DNA of 64,000 bases from Camelus dromedarius (GCF_036321535.1 NC_087437.1:86058001-86122000), one strand, 5' to 3'; positions 38,301-50,394 are shown, counted from the stretch's first letter. Notes: a model not told the origin generated them from the sequence alone. Numbers and translations are program-made.

Positions 38301-39153
38301 AAACATTATCTGACATACATTTAAAAAATTTTCTCCTAGAAGAAATAAAAGCAAGAATAAACAAATGGGACCTAATGAAACTTACAAGCTTCTGCACAGC
38401 AAAGGAAACCAGAAATAAAACAAGAAGAAAACCTACGGAATGGGAGAAAATTTTTGCAAGTGAAACCGACAAAGGCTTGATCTCCAGAATATATAAGCAG
38501 CTCATACGACTCAGTAAGAAAAAAATAAACAACCCAATCCAAAAATGGGCAGAAGACCTAAACAAGCAATTCTCCAAGGAAGACATACAAATGATCAAAA
38601 AGCACATGAAAAAATGCTCAGTATCACTAATTATCAGAGAAATGCAAATCAAAACTACAATGAGGTATCACCTCACACCAGTCAGAATGGCCGTCATTCA
38701 AAAATCCACAAATGACAAATGCTGGAGAGGCTGTGGAGAAAGGGGAACCCTCCTACACTGCTGGTGGGAATGCAGTTTGGTGCAGCCACTATGGAAAACA
38801 GTGTGGAGATTCCTCAAAAGACTAGGAATAGACTTACCATATGACCCAGGAATCCCACTCCTGGGCTTGTATCCAGAAGGAAATCTACTTCAGGATGACA
38901 CCTGCACCCCAAGTTCATAGCAGCACTATTTACAATAGCCAAAACGTGGAAACAGCCTAAATGTCCATCAACAGGTGACTGGATTAAGAAGAGGTGGTAT
39001 ATTTATACAATGGAATACTACTCAGCCATAAAAACCGACAACATAATGCCATTTGCAGCAACATGGATGCTCCTGGAGAATGTCATTCTAAGTGAAGTAA
39101 GCCAGAAAGAGAAAAAAAAATACCATATAAGATCGCTCATATGTGGAATCTAA
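35360..39153 (+). pseudogene. L1 ORF2p (APE endonuclease, reverse transcriptase, CCHC), disrupted
   Basis: ATG at 35360. EN motifs NVNGLN, CCIQETH, NIYAPN and GDFN; RT motifs [22 protein letters not shown] and KYLGI; CWRGC..HCWWEC. In-frame TAA at 35726, 37739 and 37931, plus a 1-nt deletion at about 38912. Native stop at 39151-39153. Confidence 0.97.
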
Positions 39154-39569
39154 AAAACAAAAACAAAAACAAACAAACAAACAAAACAAAGCGTAAATAA
39201 AGGACAGAAATAGACTCACAGACAGAGAATACAGACTTGTGGTTACCAGGGGGGTGGAGGGTGGGAAGGGATAGACTGGGATTTCAAAATTGTAGAATAG
39301 ACTACACTGTATAGCACAGGGAAATATACACAAAATGTTATGATAACTCACAGAGAAAAAAATGTGACAATGAGTGTGTATATGTCCATGAATAACTGAA
39401 AAATTGTGCTGAACACTGGAATTTGACACAACATTGTAAAATGATTATAAATCAATAAAAAATGTTAAAAAAAAAAACTTACCCAAAATTCCTCAACTAT
39501 AAGCAGAAGGGCACTATTTAAAACCAGTATGCGGAACCACACGTAAAACCATTTTCCCAAACTCTTTTA

Positions 39570-39910
39570 TCAATGAGGAAATAAAAACTTCCTTGGGAGC
39601 CCTTTGGAAAATAATAACTAAGAGAGTATAATAAAATAAAATAATATATCAAAATGTATGGGATGTGGCCAAATCTGCACCCAGAAAACCAGAGTAAAAT
39701 GTACTCAGAGTAAAATTAATAGATCTAAATGCTTTCTCTTTAAACAAAGAATAAAAATAAATAAACCAAGTATTCAATTCAGTAATTAATGAACTCAGAG
39801 AAAAGGAAAACAGAATGTATTATCATACTGGTTAAAGCATAGATTAAACAAAACAGAAAGGCTTGAGGTATTAAAAAATACAGAATAAATCTAAGAGTGG
39901 TGTATCATTT
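39570..39910 (+). mobile_element. Ancient L1 ORF2 fragment (L1M-type)
   Basis: atatcaaaatgtatgggatgtggccaaa (YQNxWD.AK-like), parallel to the 36200-36450 region. Confidence 0.6.
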
Positions 39911-39934
39911 TTAAAAAGTTGTAAATATTGCATG

Positions 39935-41767
39935 TACTAGTCAGGATATGCTAACTGATAGAAAAAAATGACTCAAAGTTTCAGTCGTTAAATAAAAGCT
40001 CATCAAATGCCTGTGCCATAATCTAATGAAATGGTGATGGGGGTGGCAGGACTCTGCTTCACAAACTTGGCTGCTTTCATTTTATGATACCACCATCTAC
40101 ACACATAAACTCCAAGGATGCCCTAAAAAAGGAAAAGAGTAAATGATTGCTCATGGGTAATTTTTATGGTCTAGATCTAAAAACTGTATATAACACTTCT
40201 CCCTGCATTCCTTTCACCCGAATCCGTTCATGTAGGTTTATCTATAGGAAGTCGACTAGGAAACAGTCCATCAACACACCCTAGAGGAAAAAGAAATAGG
40301 TTTGGTGAACATATTCCATTGTCTCTGCCACAATCCTCCTTTGTGGTCAAGAAATATCCAGTTCGCTTTTCATCCACATGTAGAACACATTCATCCGCTC
40401 TCAAGGAAAACTTAAAGTCCTGAGCATTCACTGTAATCAGCTGAAAGTCCAAGAACTCCTGATGATGCAAGGCCCTTCTTAACTTGTTCATATTGCTTCT
40501 CATGGTCTAATGACTAATGAACCGAAAAGAGAAATCATCTGCCTCCCTCTGACACTGATTGGCAGAGCAGGGAGAGTGTAACTTCAATAAACATTTACAT
40601 TCAGGAGAGAGAAGAACAGAAATCACAAAGCAGTTACTGGTATATAGCAATTCTGATGCAATAGATATTACAAACCTAATTCTGTTCTTTGGAAGGAACA
40701 TCTTCATCCCCTGTTCTTTTGATCCCAGGACATCTTGGTTTGGATAATACGGTTCTTCAAGTCAAAATTCTCATAGCCATATTTAAAGTAAAGTTTGGAT
40801 ATTCTGTCCACTGGAGAGAGAAGAGCTTTGGGAACTCACATTCTGCTCACTGTAAGCATACATTCCAATAGTAGAGTTTTAGCTAAACTTCAGTCTGAAT
40901 TAAAATTTAGTAAAAGAATTTAGTCCTGGCTTATTGCTTTTTTAGGCTTTTTAATTATTTGTTTCCAGTTCAGTATGATGTATAGCAAACATACCCAGTT
41001 CTTTCATGGACATAGTTCCCAAATGGGATGTGTTTATTTGCTTGTTTGTAGACAGCCCACTCCAACCTTAATGGCCACTTTCTTGAGGCAAGCAGGCTTG
41101 AGTAGGAAGACTATTTTCAATAGATTTCTTTTGCTCACAAGATTTCTCAGTCATATTTGGCATCCAATTTTTCTCCAATTGTTTCAGAGCCACAAACAGT
41201 CAACTTTTCCAACTCTTCAAGGACCTTTTTACTGGACTTTCTCTGTTTCTATTCATTTATGCTTACAAGTGGGTCAGTTCTTTCCTCAGGTCACCTTTCT
41301 CTTTGCCAACCTCAATTAATATTAGCCAACATGCTGTAACAATTTTATTATTTCAATTCACTTCCCCTAGGCCGGCTGGCTGATGAGGCATATATCCTTC
41401 CTCTCAATATGGCAGGTTAAAATCTTACCACATGTGTTGTCAGTACATTATATGAAATGCTGTATCTCCAACCTTTCATATCTGATTCTCTGAATTCTGT
41501 TACCAAAATGCTAATTCATTGCCATATATTTTCAATTTTTTATGATGGCCACAGCCCACTTACAAATATATTAAAGTAAGTTTTTGCTTTAAAAAAAAAA
41601 AAGCCTCAAAATCTCTGTGGCTTAACATATCCTATTCCAATGCAGAGTGACAGCAGGGTTTCTGCTATGTGCAGTCATTCAGCAAAGGAAACTTGTTTTA
41701 GTTCCACTCTCTTCAATGCACGTTTTCATAATCAGCATAGTATCAATCAGTCCACTGAGACAGAGAC

Positions 41768-41798
<31 letters not shown>

Positions 41799-41985
41799 GC
41801 TTAGAGAATGCACATCTGCTCTTAATGGGCTCAAGCTGAAAATGACACCTCGCTTTTGCTTAAATTTTATCAACTGGAACTAGTGTCGCTGTCTCACCTA
41901 AATGTGAAGATCTCCAAAGGAATGTTTAGGTGTGGATGGACCCAGGCAGAAGAAACAGATTTAGTAAGCTTATGCCCAGTGTTTT
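39935..41985 (-). mobile_element. Ancient MaLR element, LTR-internal-LTR (MLT1I/J-like)
   Basis: Two LTR-like blocks (about 39935-40331 and 41575-41985) both end in a ...agaaa(t/c)ag(g/a)ttt(g/a)gt.. motif. They flank MLT-int-like sequence (atccacatgtagaacacattca; ggccacagcccactt at the int boundary). Confidence 0.55.
41756..41799. repeat. (GAGACA)n/(GA)n microsatellite
   Basis: Directly visible. Confidence 0.9.
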
Positions 41986-43964
41986 CCAGCTGGACAGAGC
42001 ACATCCACCTGCTGCTCTGAGAGAGTTTACAGTGTAGACAGGAAGGATACGGCAAGGAAACCACTCAAAATAAGGTGGGAATTATTACCAGTAACAAACA
42101 TCTGTGGAACTGATCATTTAAGATTACAATCTGGACACCTTGAACAACTGGATTCAACGCCCTGGGACCTAGTGACAGAAGAGGAAATGGCTCCCTCCCG
42201 AAGAATGAAAACTAGGAAGAGGAACTCAAGTTCCAGACGACTAGATCGCCAGGGTCAGAGTAGAACCACAATAATATTGTTTCAATTTGAGGCATCTAAG
42301 TTTCTAAGCAGGATTATTTATTACTGCTTGTCACCACATTCGTACATCGATCCTAAGATCAAGATTGGTTCTCAAGTATGAGGAACAGCTGAACCTATAC
42401 ATGGGGGTTAAGCTGCCAAGTTTGGACGGATGTAGAGACAGAAACCAAAGCACCACACTAACAGGCTTGGAGATAAAGAAACCAGAGACAACGTTAGAGG
42501 GAAGAGAAGATCCATGGATGACAGAACAGATACATTTCTCCAGTCCCTATTTTTGAGAATTTACTGATGCTGAAGGTCCAAAAAACAGGATGCTATCCTC
42601 AGAAGACAGCTTACTCTCAACTGCAAGGCCAAGACTAAATGAGAAGGCATTGTTCAACCCAACAGGGTCAGCCCATTTCATTATTACCCCACTGGTGTTC
42701 TACTATTCATTCAAATCAGAGTCTCTAAAGTTTTGACAAGAACAGTCAAAAAGCCTTAGACAGTGTCACATTTTTAGAGGGCACTAACTTTATTTGGGGA
42801 GAGGCTGTACTAAATATAAAATAATTTTTAGTACTTTGTATCCCCAGTTCAACTCTAGCATGAATACTTTCTTTGCCTGGGAATCCAGGCTTTTTGGCAT
42901 TAACATTTGTTCTACTAATTAAAAAAGAATATGCATCAAAAATAACAACTTGCAGTAAATAGGTCTATTTCATTCTGTATTTTATGAATGATATTACATT
43001 CTCATATGCTGTGGCTTGCAATAATCATGTAATCTATTCTGCATCAGTAAATAGTGATTTATTCTTCTGAAGCTTTAATATGATTCATTTTGCAAGTAGT
43101 TTAAGTACCCATTAGTTAATGCTTTGATGTTGCTGACCTCAGTAGATTTTTTGGTAAAGCTTTATATAGCATTTATAGGTCACAAAAATGCCAACAATGT
43201 TCATTATGGTCATTTTCCAAACTACCTGACAGCAAAGTGTTTTCCCTCAACTCATTTGTATGTATATCCCTTAATTAATGCTTCACCTTATGCCAAATTA
43301 TAGTGAAATTCTTGTCACTTTACATGCTGTATGACATTTACACAAATATCTGCTGAATTTATCATGAGCAATGCACACAGAATTTGTATCCTATGGCTTG
43401 AGGGCAGACAAACCATAAACCTGAACCCAAATACTTGCAGACTGAAAAGCATTAGGGAAATTAGAAAGTGAGAATCCTTGCAAAAGCTGAAAATTTGCCT
43501 TCTTTACCATCCTCAAAGTCATCAAGTCTACCAACTACAGTCAACAAACAAATCTTTTAAAACCTGTATAAAAACTTTTTAGGGGTATTTTTAGAAGGTG
43601 ATTTTGTGTATAGGACATATTCCCCATTGGAAAGAGGTGGAAATTTCTTTTTAATCATAAAAGGTGTCTGAAAGACTCTTAAATGCTCAAAAATGAAGAG
43701 GTACATCAATCCATTATGGAAGGAGTTCTGTCTGAGGATGAAGGGTATTGAAATTATGCCATTTGACTATTTCAGGCATAAACATGCACTGGGACCATAA
43801 AAGAGTTCAATGAACAGAATTCAAAATGTTTAGATCCAAACTCTTTATGGGTTAAAAACAACTAAGTGCTTAAATCAATCACCAGATAGATTTGCATGAG
43901 ATGCATCTAATATACAAAAGTTCCAATAGCCCAGTTTTACTTAATAAAACAGCCAGAGCTGACA

Positions 43965-44220
43965 GTGTAGGGTGTAAGCATAGATCTTGAGCTAGGTCAT
44001 TTAGGCTTGCATCCTGGCTCTTCTCCAACTCACTGTGGCACTTTGGGCAAGTTATCTAATTTCTTCATTGCTTGAATTTCCTCATTTGGAAAGTGGGGGC
44101 GGGCTTGTAACAATAATGATCTCAGGGGATTTTATGAAGTTTAAATGAGTTAATAACATGTAAAGCAGTTCAGAACAATGCCTGGGACATAGTAAACATT
44201 CATTAAAAATAGCTATTACT
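43965..44220 (+). mobile_element. MIR SINE, near full length
   Basis: ctttgggcaagttatctaat ... ttaaatgagttaataacatgtaaagcagttcagaacaatgcctgggacatagtaaac. Confidence 0.9.
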
Positions 44221-46248
44221 AGTGTTCCTAATTTACTATGAAATAATATCAAAGACGTGAAGTGACTTCCAAGGTGCACAGCTGCTTAGTGGCCAATCCT
44301 GTCCATCCGCTGAATTCCAGATCCCACTTCCCTGGTAGCCTTCTTCAGAAACATCTCACACAAATCGACATAAAAACAATCTGGGTTTCAGCAATGTTGT
44401 TAGTTTTCAGTTTTATCCATATTCAAGTTACTGGCTAGTCCTATTGTGCAAGTAAACTGCACTAATTTCCCAACTCACAAAATGTTTCCCAGCCTTCCTT
44501 TCCTTTACCCAAAAGTGTCTAAAAACTCTTTTAAATTGAAATTCAATCAATTAGAACTCAGAGAAGAGATCACATTTTCCCTGGACCCTGTCAAGGACCA
44601 GCACTTACTCTGAGAAGGGTTAACCCTCAAAGGCCACAGCTACATGAGCTACCTTGTTTGTTGCCCAATCTTAAATCACTGCATGATATTTTAAGGATTA
44701 AAACTCCAAACTCCATAACTTTGCATTGCAAAGCAGAGCACCCCCTATGAAAATATCTGACCCCAAAATACCTGATCATAAAGAAGCCATACAGTTAAAG
44801 AGGCACAGTGTAAAGTCATGCAAAAACAATCAATCTGGCTCCTTCTCAGATGTAAAATTTCAGTACTATTGTGGGTTGGTTTTGTTTTTGTTTTTGTTTG
44901 GGGGTAAATGTCTAATTTAAGATTCTATGTTGTCATTTAGTGATCTCTCATATCTTTCTGATATATTTGAAACATAATGGTTTTCTCTATGAGAAGAAAA
45001 ATATATGGCTCTCCAAGCAAGAATTAATTTGCAAATAATCATCTAATAAAACAAACTATTATGCAGACTACTCATTAGCTGAGGTTTTCACACAGGAATC
45101 TTTAAAACACCTACCTAGATAAAAGATAAAATTTAATTTTGCTGATAAAATTAGATCAATTCATCAGTTAACTATGCAACAGACATGTTTCATACCTGAG
45201 GGAATATCAACTAAATGATCTTAAAGAGTTTTTTTTCTGAAACAGGAAGTCCTGTTGGATTTTGCTGGGGAACAAAAGGCAAGGGAATTGTACGGTCTTT
45301 TAAAATTTATCATGTGTCTTTATAACATCGATGAAACAGTTGCCATTTATCAAAATTATTAAGGTGAAGTCATTAACCTTGTGACAGTTTGACATTATTC
45401 TTTTTTTTTTTTTTTTTTTTCAAAAATGATAGATTCCCGTTAGAAATTGAGTTTCACTTTGGTGGGCAGTTCTCATCAGATGTTATGACAAACAACTGTA
45501 TTTAAAATATATTCAGATGCTCCTTAAATGATCTTTGTTGCTAACTCTGGACATATTCTTTTCTGCAATGGTACAATATTAGGAATTTAGGGATTAAATT
45601 CAGGGATTAAAACTCCAAACTCTACATCCATTGAAACCACACTCAGAAGGAAATGAGGAAAAATAAGAAGGTAATAAAATTATGTATTTTCCTAGTCAAG
45701 GAATTTATACAGCATATATGTATTTCTGCAAGATATGTCCTACTAGAATTCAGACACTTACGGCAAAAAATGAGCAGATATACAGTGACATAAGCCTTCT
45801 GACTCACTCCAGGTAGGAGAAAAAAATAGAGATTATGGGGAATAAAACAAGAGAGACAGCTAAATTCTCCATACATATACATTATTACAGATTAAAGGAA
45901 AGATGATTAAGCCTGGGAGAACTTAAGAACCAGACAAGATTAAAATGTTCCAAATAAGCAGTATGGAAATGCTTCTAAATATTTATAACATTTATGCTGA
46001 GAAAAATTAAAGCTTTGTACTGTCAAGCCCCAAGATCTATTTGACTGCTAATATTTTATAAATCTGGAATAAACTCAGAAATTAAGTATTCATTTGATGA
46101 ATTGCTCTGATATCTTAACCTGGGATACAAAGAGGACTTAACCTATTTTTATAACATTTAATTTATTCTCAAATATTTCTTAAAGGATTCAGAAGTGGTT
46201 ACAGGCTCAGTCGGAAAAATGCAAATTGTTTGATTAACGGTATTTATG

Positions 46249-46610
46249 GAAAGGAGGGTGGAGCCAAGATGGTGGAGTAGAGATACTCACAGCTCACCCT
46301 CTTCCACAAATACACCAAGAATTACATCTACAAACCCACTGAATCACACAGAACACCTACTGAACTTTGGCAGAGTATCTCTCATTCCAAAATCCAGAAA
46401 GACTCCCACAAAATCTGATAAACAACAAGTTTATACTGTATAGCACAGGGAACCATATTCAATATCTTGTAGTAACCTATGGTGAAGAAGAATAAGAGAA
46501 CAAATGTATGTATGTTCCTACGTGACTGAAGCATTGTGCTGTACACCAGAAATTGACACAACATTGTAAACTGACTGTACTTCAATAAAAATATATTAAA
46601 AAAATTTTTT
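46249..46610 (+). mobile_element. Bipartite mini-L1: L1 5'UTR start fused to L1 3'UTR end (candidate spliced retrocopy)
   Basis: 46249-46417 aligns to 32381-32537 and 46418-46600 aligns to 2988-3170. Ends with aataaa and an A tail. Degenerate flanking direct repeat at 46236-46248 and 46615-46627. Confidence 0.9.
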
Positions 46611-46840
46611 AAAGAACAGCATTTCTGATGGGTAGGGAAGAGAGAAATATACCAGGTTTTTATCATCCCTACTTTGTAGGCATTAAGCAGGAGACAGGCA
46701 TGATGAATGTTAAAAAGTCCCTCCTCAACATTAGCATTTAGTTCTTTTCTGAATCAAATTTTAGAATTATATATATATCCTTTTAAAAATTGATGAAATT
46801 TTTTTTCAATAACAAAGAAACGCAACTTTCATTCAGATTC

Positions 46841-47233
46841 TGTATTAGTTTGCCAGGATTGCCATAACTGTATACCACAGGCTGAATGGCTTAACAACAA
46901 AAGCTTATTTTCTCACAGTTCTGGAGGCTGGAGGTTTTAGATCAAAGTGTCAGCAGACTTGCCTTCTCTTAAGGCCTCTCTCCCTGGCTTGCAGGTGGGG
47001 CCTCCTTGCTCTGTCCTCACATGCCTTTTTTCTGTGCACATGCATCCCGGGTGTCTTTCCTTCTTCTTATAAAGACACTGGTCATATTGGATTAGGACAG
47101 ACCCATAAGACATCATTTAGTCTTAATTACTTCTTTAAAGGTTCTGTCTCCAAAGACAGTCATAATCTGAGGTATACTGGGGGTCAGAGCTTTAGTGTAT
47201 GAATTTTGGGGGAAAACACTTCAGTTCATAGCA
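46841..47233 (-). mobile_element. MaLR LTR (MLT1B-like)
   Basis: tgtattagtttgccagg ... tctcacagttctggaggctgga ... ggtcatattggattagg ... ttcagttcatagca. Confidence 0.9.
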
Positions 47234-50200
47234 GAATGTAAGCCTCTAAAATCACTGTTTTTCTCACTTAGCCCATGTCTTCTCGAAGATGTTCATCGTT
47301 TGTGATGGGATCTGCTACAGGGAGGACCAGTATCCTACCCAGATTGTTTGGTAGCAGTGCAAAGTCTCGTCCACTCAATGTTGACTTGTCTTATGGCTAG
47401 TGTGTACAGGTTTACTTGCTGTTAAGGAAACTGAGGGCTTTAAATTTACTATCTACTTGTGATAAATTTAGTCTATCCCTGATACTGAAGCATTTGAATT
47501 GCTCAGAGACCAGAAACAGGAAGACTGTTTAGAATACTGACAGTAGCTGAAGAAATAGAAAAGAAAGGATAAATGCAAAAGCTGTTAGTGGACTGCTTGG
47601 TTAGACTTGATGAGAGCTTGCAGATGCAGCAAAAGAAGTAGGTGGAATAAGTGGCCTTGGCAGGATTCTACAAAACTAGCTCTCCCCATCCAGGGAAGAC
47701 CAGGTCTCAGTTCCTCTGCAGAGGACTCCACACTGTAGCAACAGAATGTTAGACCAAAAGAAATATTTATTTAAGAGTCAAAACAGAAACAAATCTGAAC
47801 ACACTAACTGGCTTTTAAGTGAGGTTTAATAAAGCCCTGTGGTTCCACAGAGAACAAAAGGAGAGGACCATGGGCAGCATTCATTGCCAAGGCAGCTCTG
47901 CTTTTCTCTTCTGCAGGAATTTATTCGAAAACAGGATTTGGTCCCACTTTCCTTTCCAAATTTTGAAAACCACTAGACTATTCAATTTTAAAATTCTCCT
48001 TCCTTTAAAAATTCCTGAAATTCTGAGTCTGAAAATGTATTTAAACACCTCAATCAGACATTTCAATGAGCTGTGTTACAGCCCCTTTCAATAAAGTCCC
48101 TGTTAGTTGAATATATGTCTGAAATTAGTCTTAAATTTTAAATTATCATCTTCATATTCATGATGGAGAATGGAGTTTAGGAAATAAATGTACATACCTA
48201 AGGAGCAACTCTTATAAATAACTTTTCTTTCTTAATTATCAGATTAAGTAAAAACACGCATTGTTTAACATTTTATACAGGTAATATCAAGCTTGAAAGA
48301 ACTTTTAAGTGCAACAGGAGGTATAGGTGTTGTAAAGGAAGGGGTGGTCCAAGCTTTATAATAAGCATAGAGGCTTGAAGTGGGGTGAATATTAGAAGAT
48401 AACAAACCTTTGTGAATCAGGAGGTGCATGTGGCTAGGGAGGAGGATGGAAGCAGGAGAAGGTCTGGGAGGATCCTCTGGGGAAGGGGACTCTGAGACAG
48501 ATTAGCACATGCTCAACAGTTCCCTCCCAGAGCTACTGCCCGACAAATACATCCCATTTGTCCATAGCAACTCTGGGTTCATGTGGGTCCCCCTGAATCA
48601 CCATAGCCTGGGCACACAATCTGTCTCTCAGCTCACAAAGAATATAACTTTTTCTTCCTTTAATTTCAATTTTTAAAAATATTTTTAAAAGAATGATTTT
48701 TAAATGTTGTCCTCAGGTGAAAGAGCTCAGGAAAAAAGAGAGAAAAAGTTAAGAATATTCCACTAAAATTTTCAATAAAGACTCTTCATTGCCACATACA
48801 CTCACACTTCTAAATATTAGAAACCTAGAGTACATTTCTACCTGGTCCCTCAAGTCCAGCCACCCACCCCCCAAGAAAAAAAAAAAAGAGAGAAAGAGAG
48901 AGAGGAAGGGAGGTTGGGAGGAAAGAAGGGAAGAAAACAGATCTAATGCCATTTAAAAGAGAACCAAGTGAAAAACTACTGTCAGATATTACATGATTTC
49001 TACTTGAAAGTGAATGTCAGATTGCTGCAAAACTAGTTCCCAAAAACCTCACACTACAAAACTGACATTTCATTCCTAATTGAGCTTTCAAAACAACAGA
49101 ACATTTTCAAAGTCTAATTTCTACATTATGCACTTATTTTTTCCCCTGAATTTTTAACATGTTGAGATACAGTGAAGCTAATGAGGTCAACAATATCAAT
49201 GTCTGTGATCAAACTACTAACCAATTAGTGTTTAAACTAGAGAATGAATGTTTAAACTACATTTTTCTATGTACTCCTGACTCCCAGAAATTGTCAGCCT
49301 GTGAGCATCTTTCTTCTGTCATTAGATTTTATGACAGCTACTAATTTATCTATGAAGACGGCTCGCATATTTTGAAGTTTATATAATTAACCCTGCACCA
49401 GTGGGTGATACTTAACAATGTGAATCTTGAATTTATTTTTGATAAATTACAGTTTAGCCAGAGAATTGAAGACTACACTCAGCCTTGCTGAGTACGCTAC
49501 TTCATTGATTAGGTTCAAGCCACAAATTGAGCCAGGTTCTCCCACTGCATAAATCCATACATCTTTCTACAGCAAGCGAGCACCCTGAGAGTAATTCAAG
49601 TGAGCGTTCTTCTCAAATGCAACTTGCTGAGCATTTTAATACTTTTAATATTTGAAAAAAAAATGTTTCTTGTGAACATCATGTTCACTTTTTTTTTCTG
49701 ATCCCTTCCCTCTTTCTCTCACCCACATTCCTTCTGTTCTAACAGCCTTCCTAGAATAAAAAAGTCTCAAAACTGTAGTTTGAAGAATAGAGAAAATCAC
49801 AATACTCTGCCTCACTGACGACATTTAGAAACTACAGAGTCAAAGTTTATTAGCCTCAGTAGAGGCTGCTCCAGAATTTCTATAGGGAACTGGCTTAGGG
49901 AAGCAGCCTGGTGGGGAAAGGGCAGGGGGAAAGGGAACCGGAGAACTCACTCTCAGGCTGTACTTACATAGTGGTTAACCACTTATTTGCCCAGGTTCAG
50001 GGCTGATGCCAATGGAGATTTTAGGATTCTCCCACTCCCAAAACCAATGCTATTGCCACCTCTCTCTCTCATGGTCAAGAATCACACGCCAGTGAGACCC
50101 TGTGGAAGAGACTGACACACGATAGCGTAAAAGCATAGTGAAGCTAAGTGTCTGTGTTAGACAGCAACAAATGCACAGAGTAGGAAGGTGAATCAAGAAA

Positions 50201-50394
50201 GCGGGACAGTCACTGTAAGTGATGACAAACACTGTAATTGGTGCTTTCATAGAAAAGTTCAGGATATCATAAGTGTATAAGGAAACCTAACCCAGGCCAG
50301 GAATTCAGGGTAGAATATTCCAAGGAAGTTAACACTTAAGCAGTTTTAATTTATCTCTATATTCCACATGTTAACCAAATGCAAACGAGTTAAT

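Larger units (their letters stand above)
32381..39477 (+). mobile_element. Full-length young LINE-1 (about 7.1 kb), retrotransposition-defective
   Basis: GC/CpG-rich 5'UTR, ORF1, ~400-bp inter-ORF spacer, ORF2, 3'UTR with aataaa and an A tail. TSD (A)n-CTTACCCAA at 32361-32380 and 39467-39486, with a TT/AAAA-type nick site. Confidence 0.98.
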
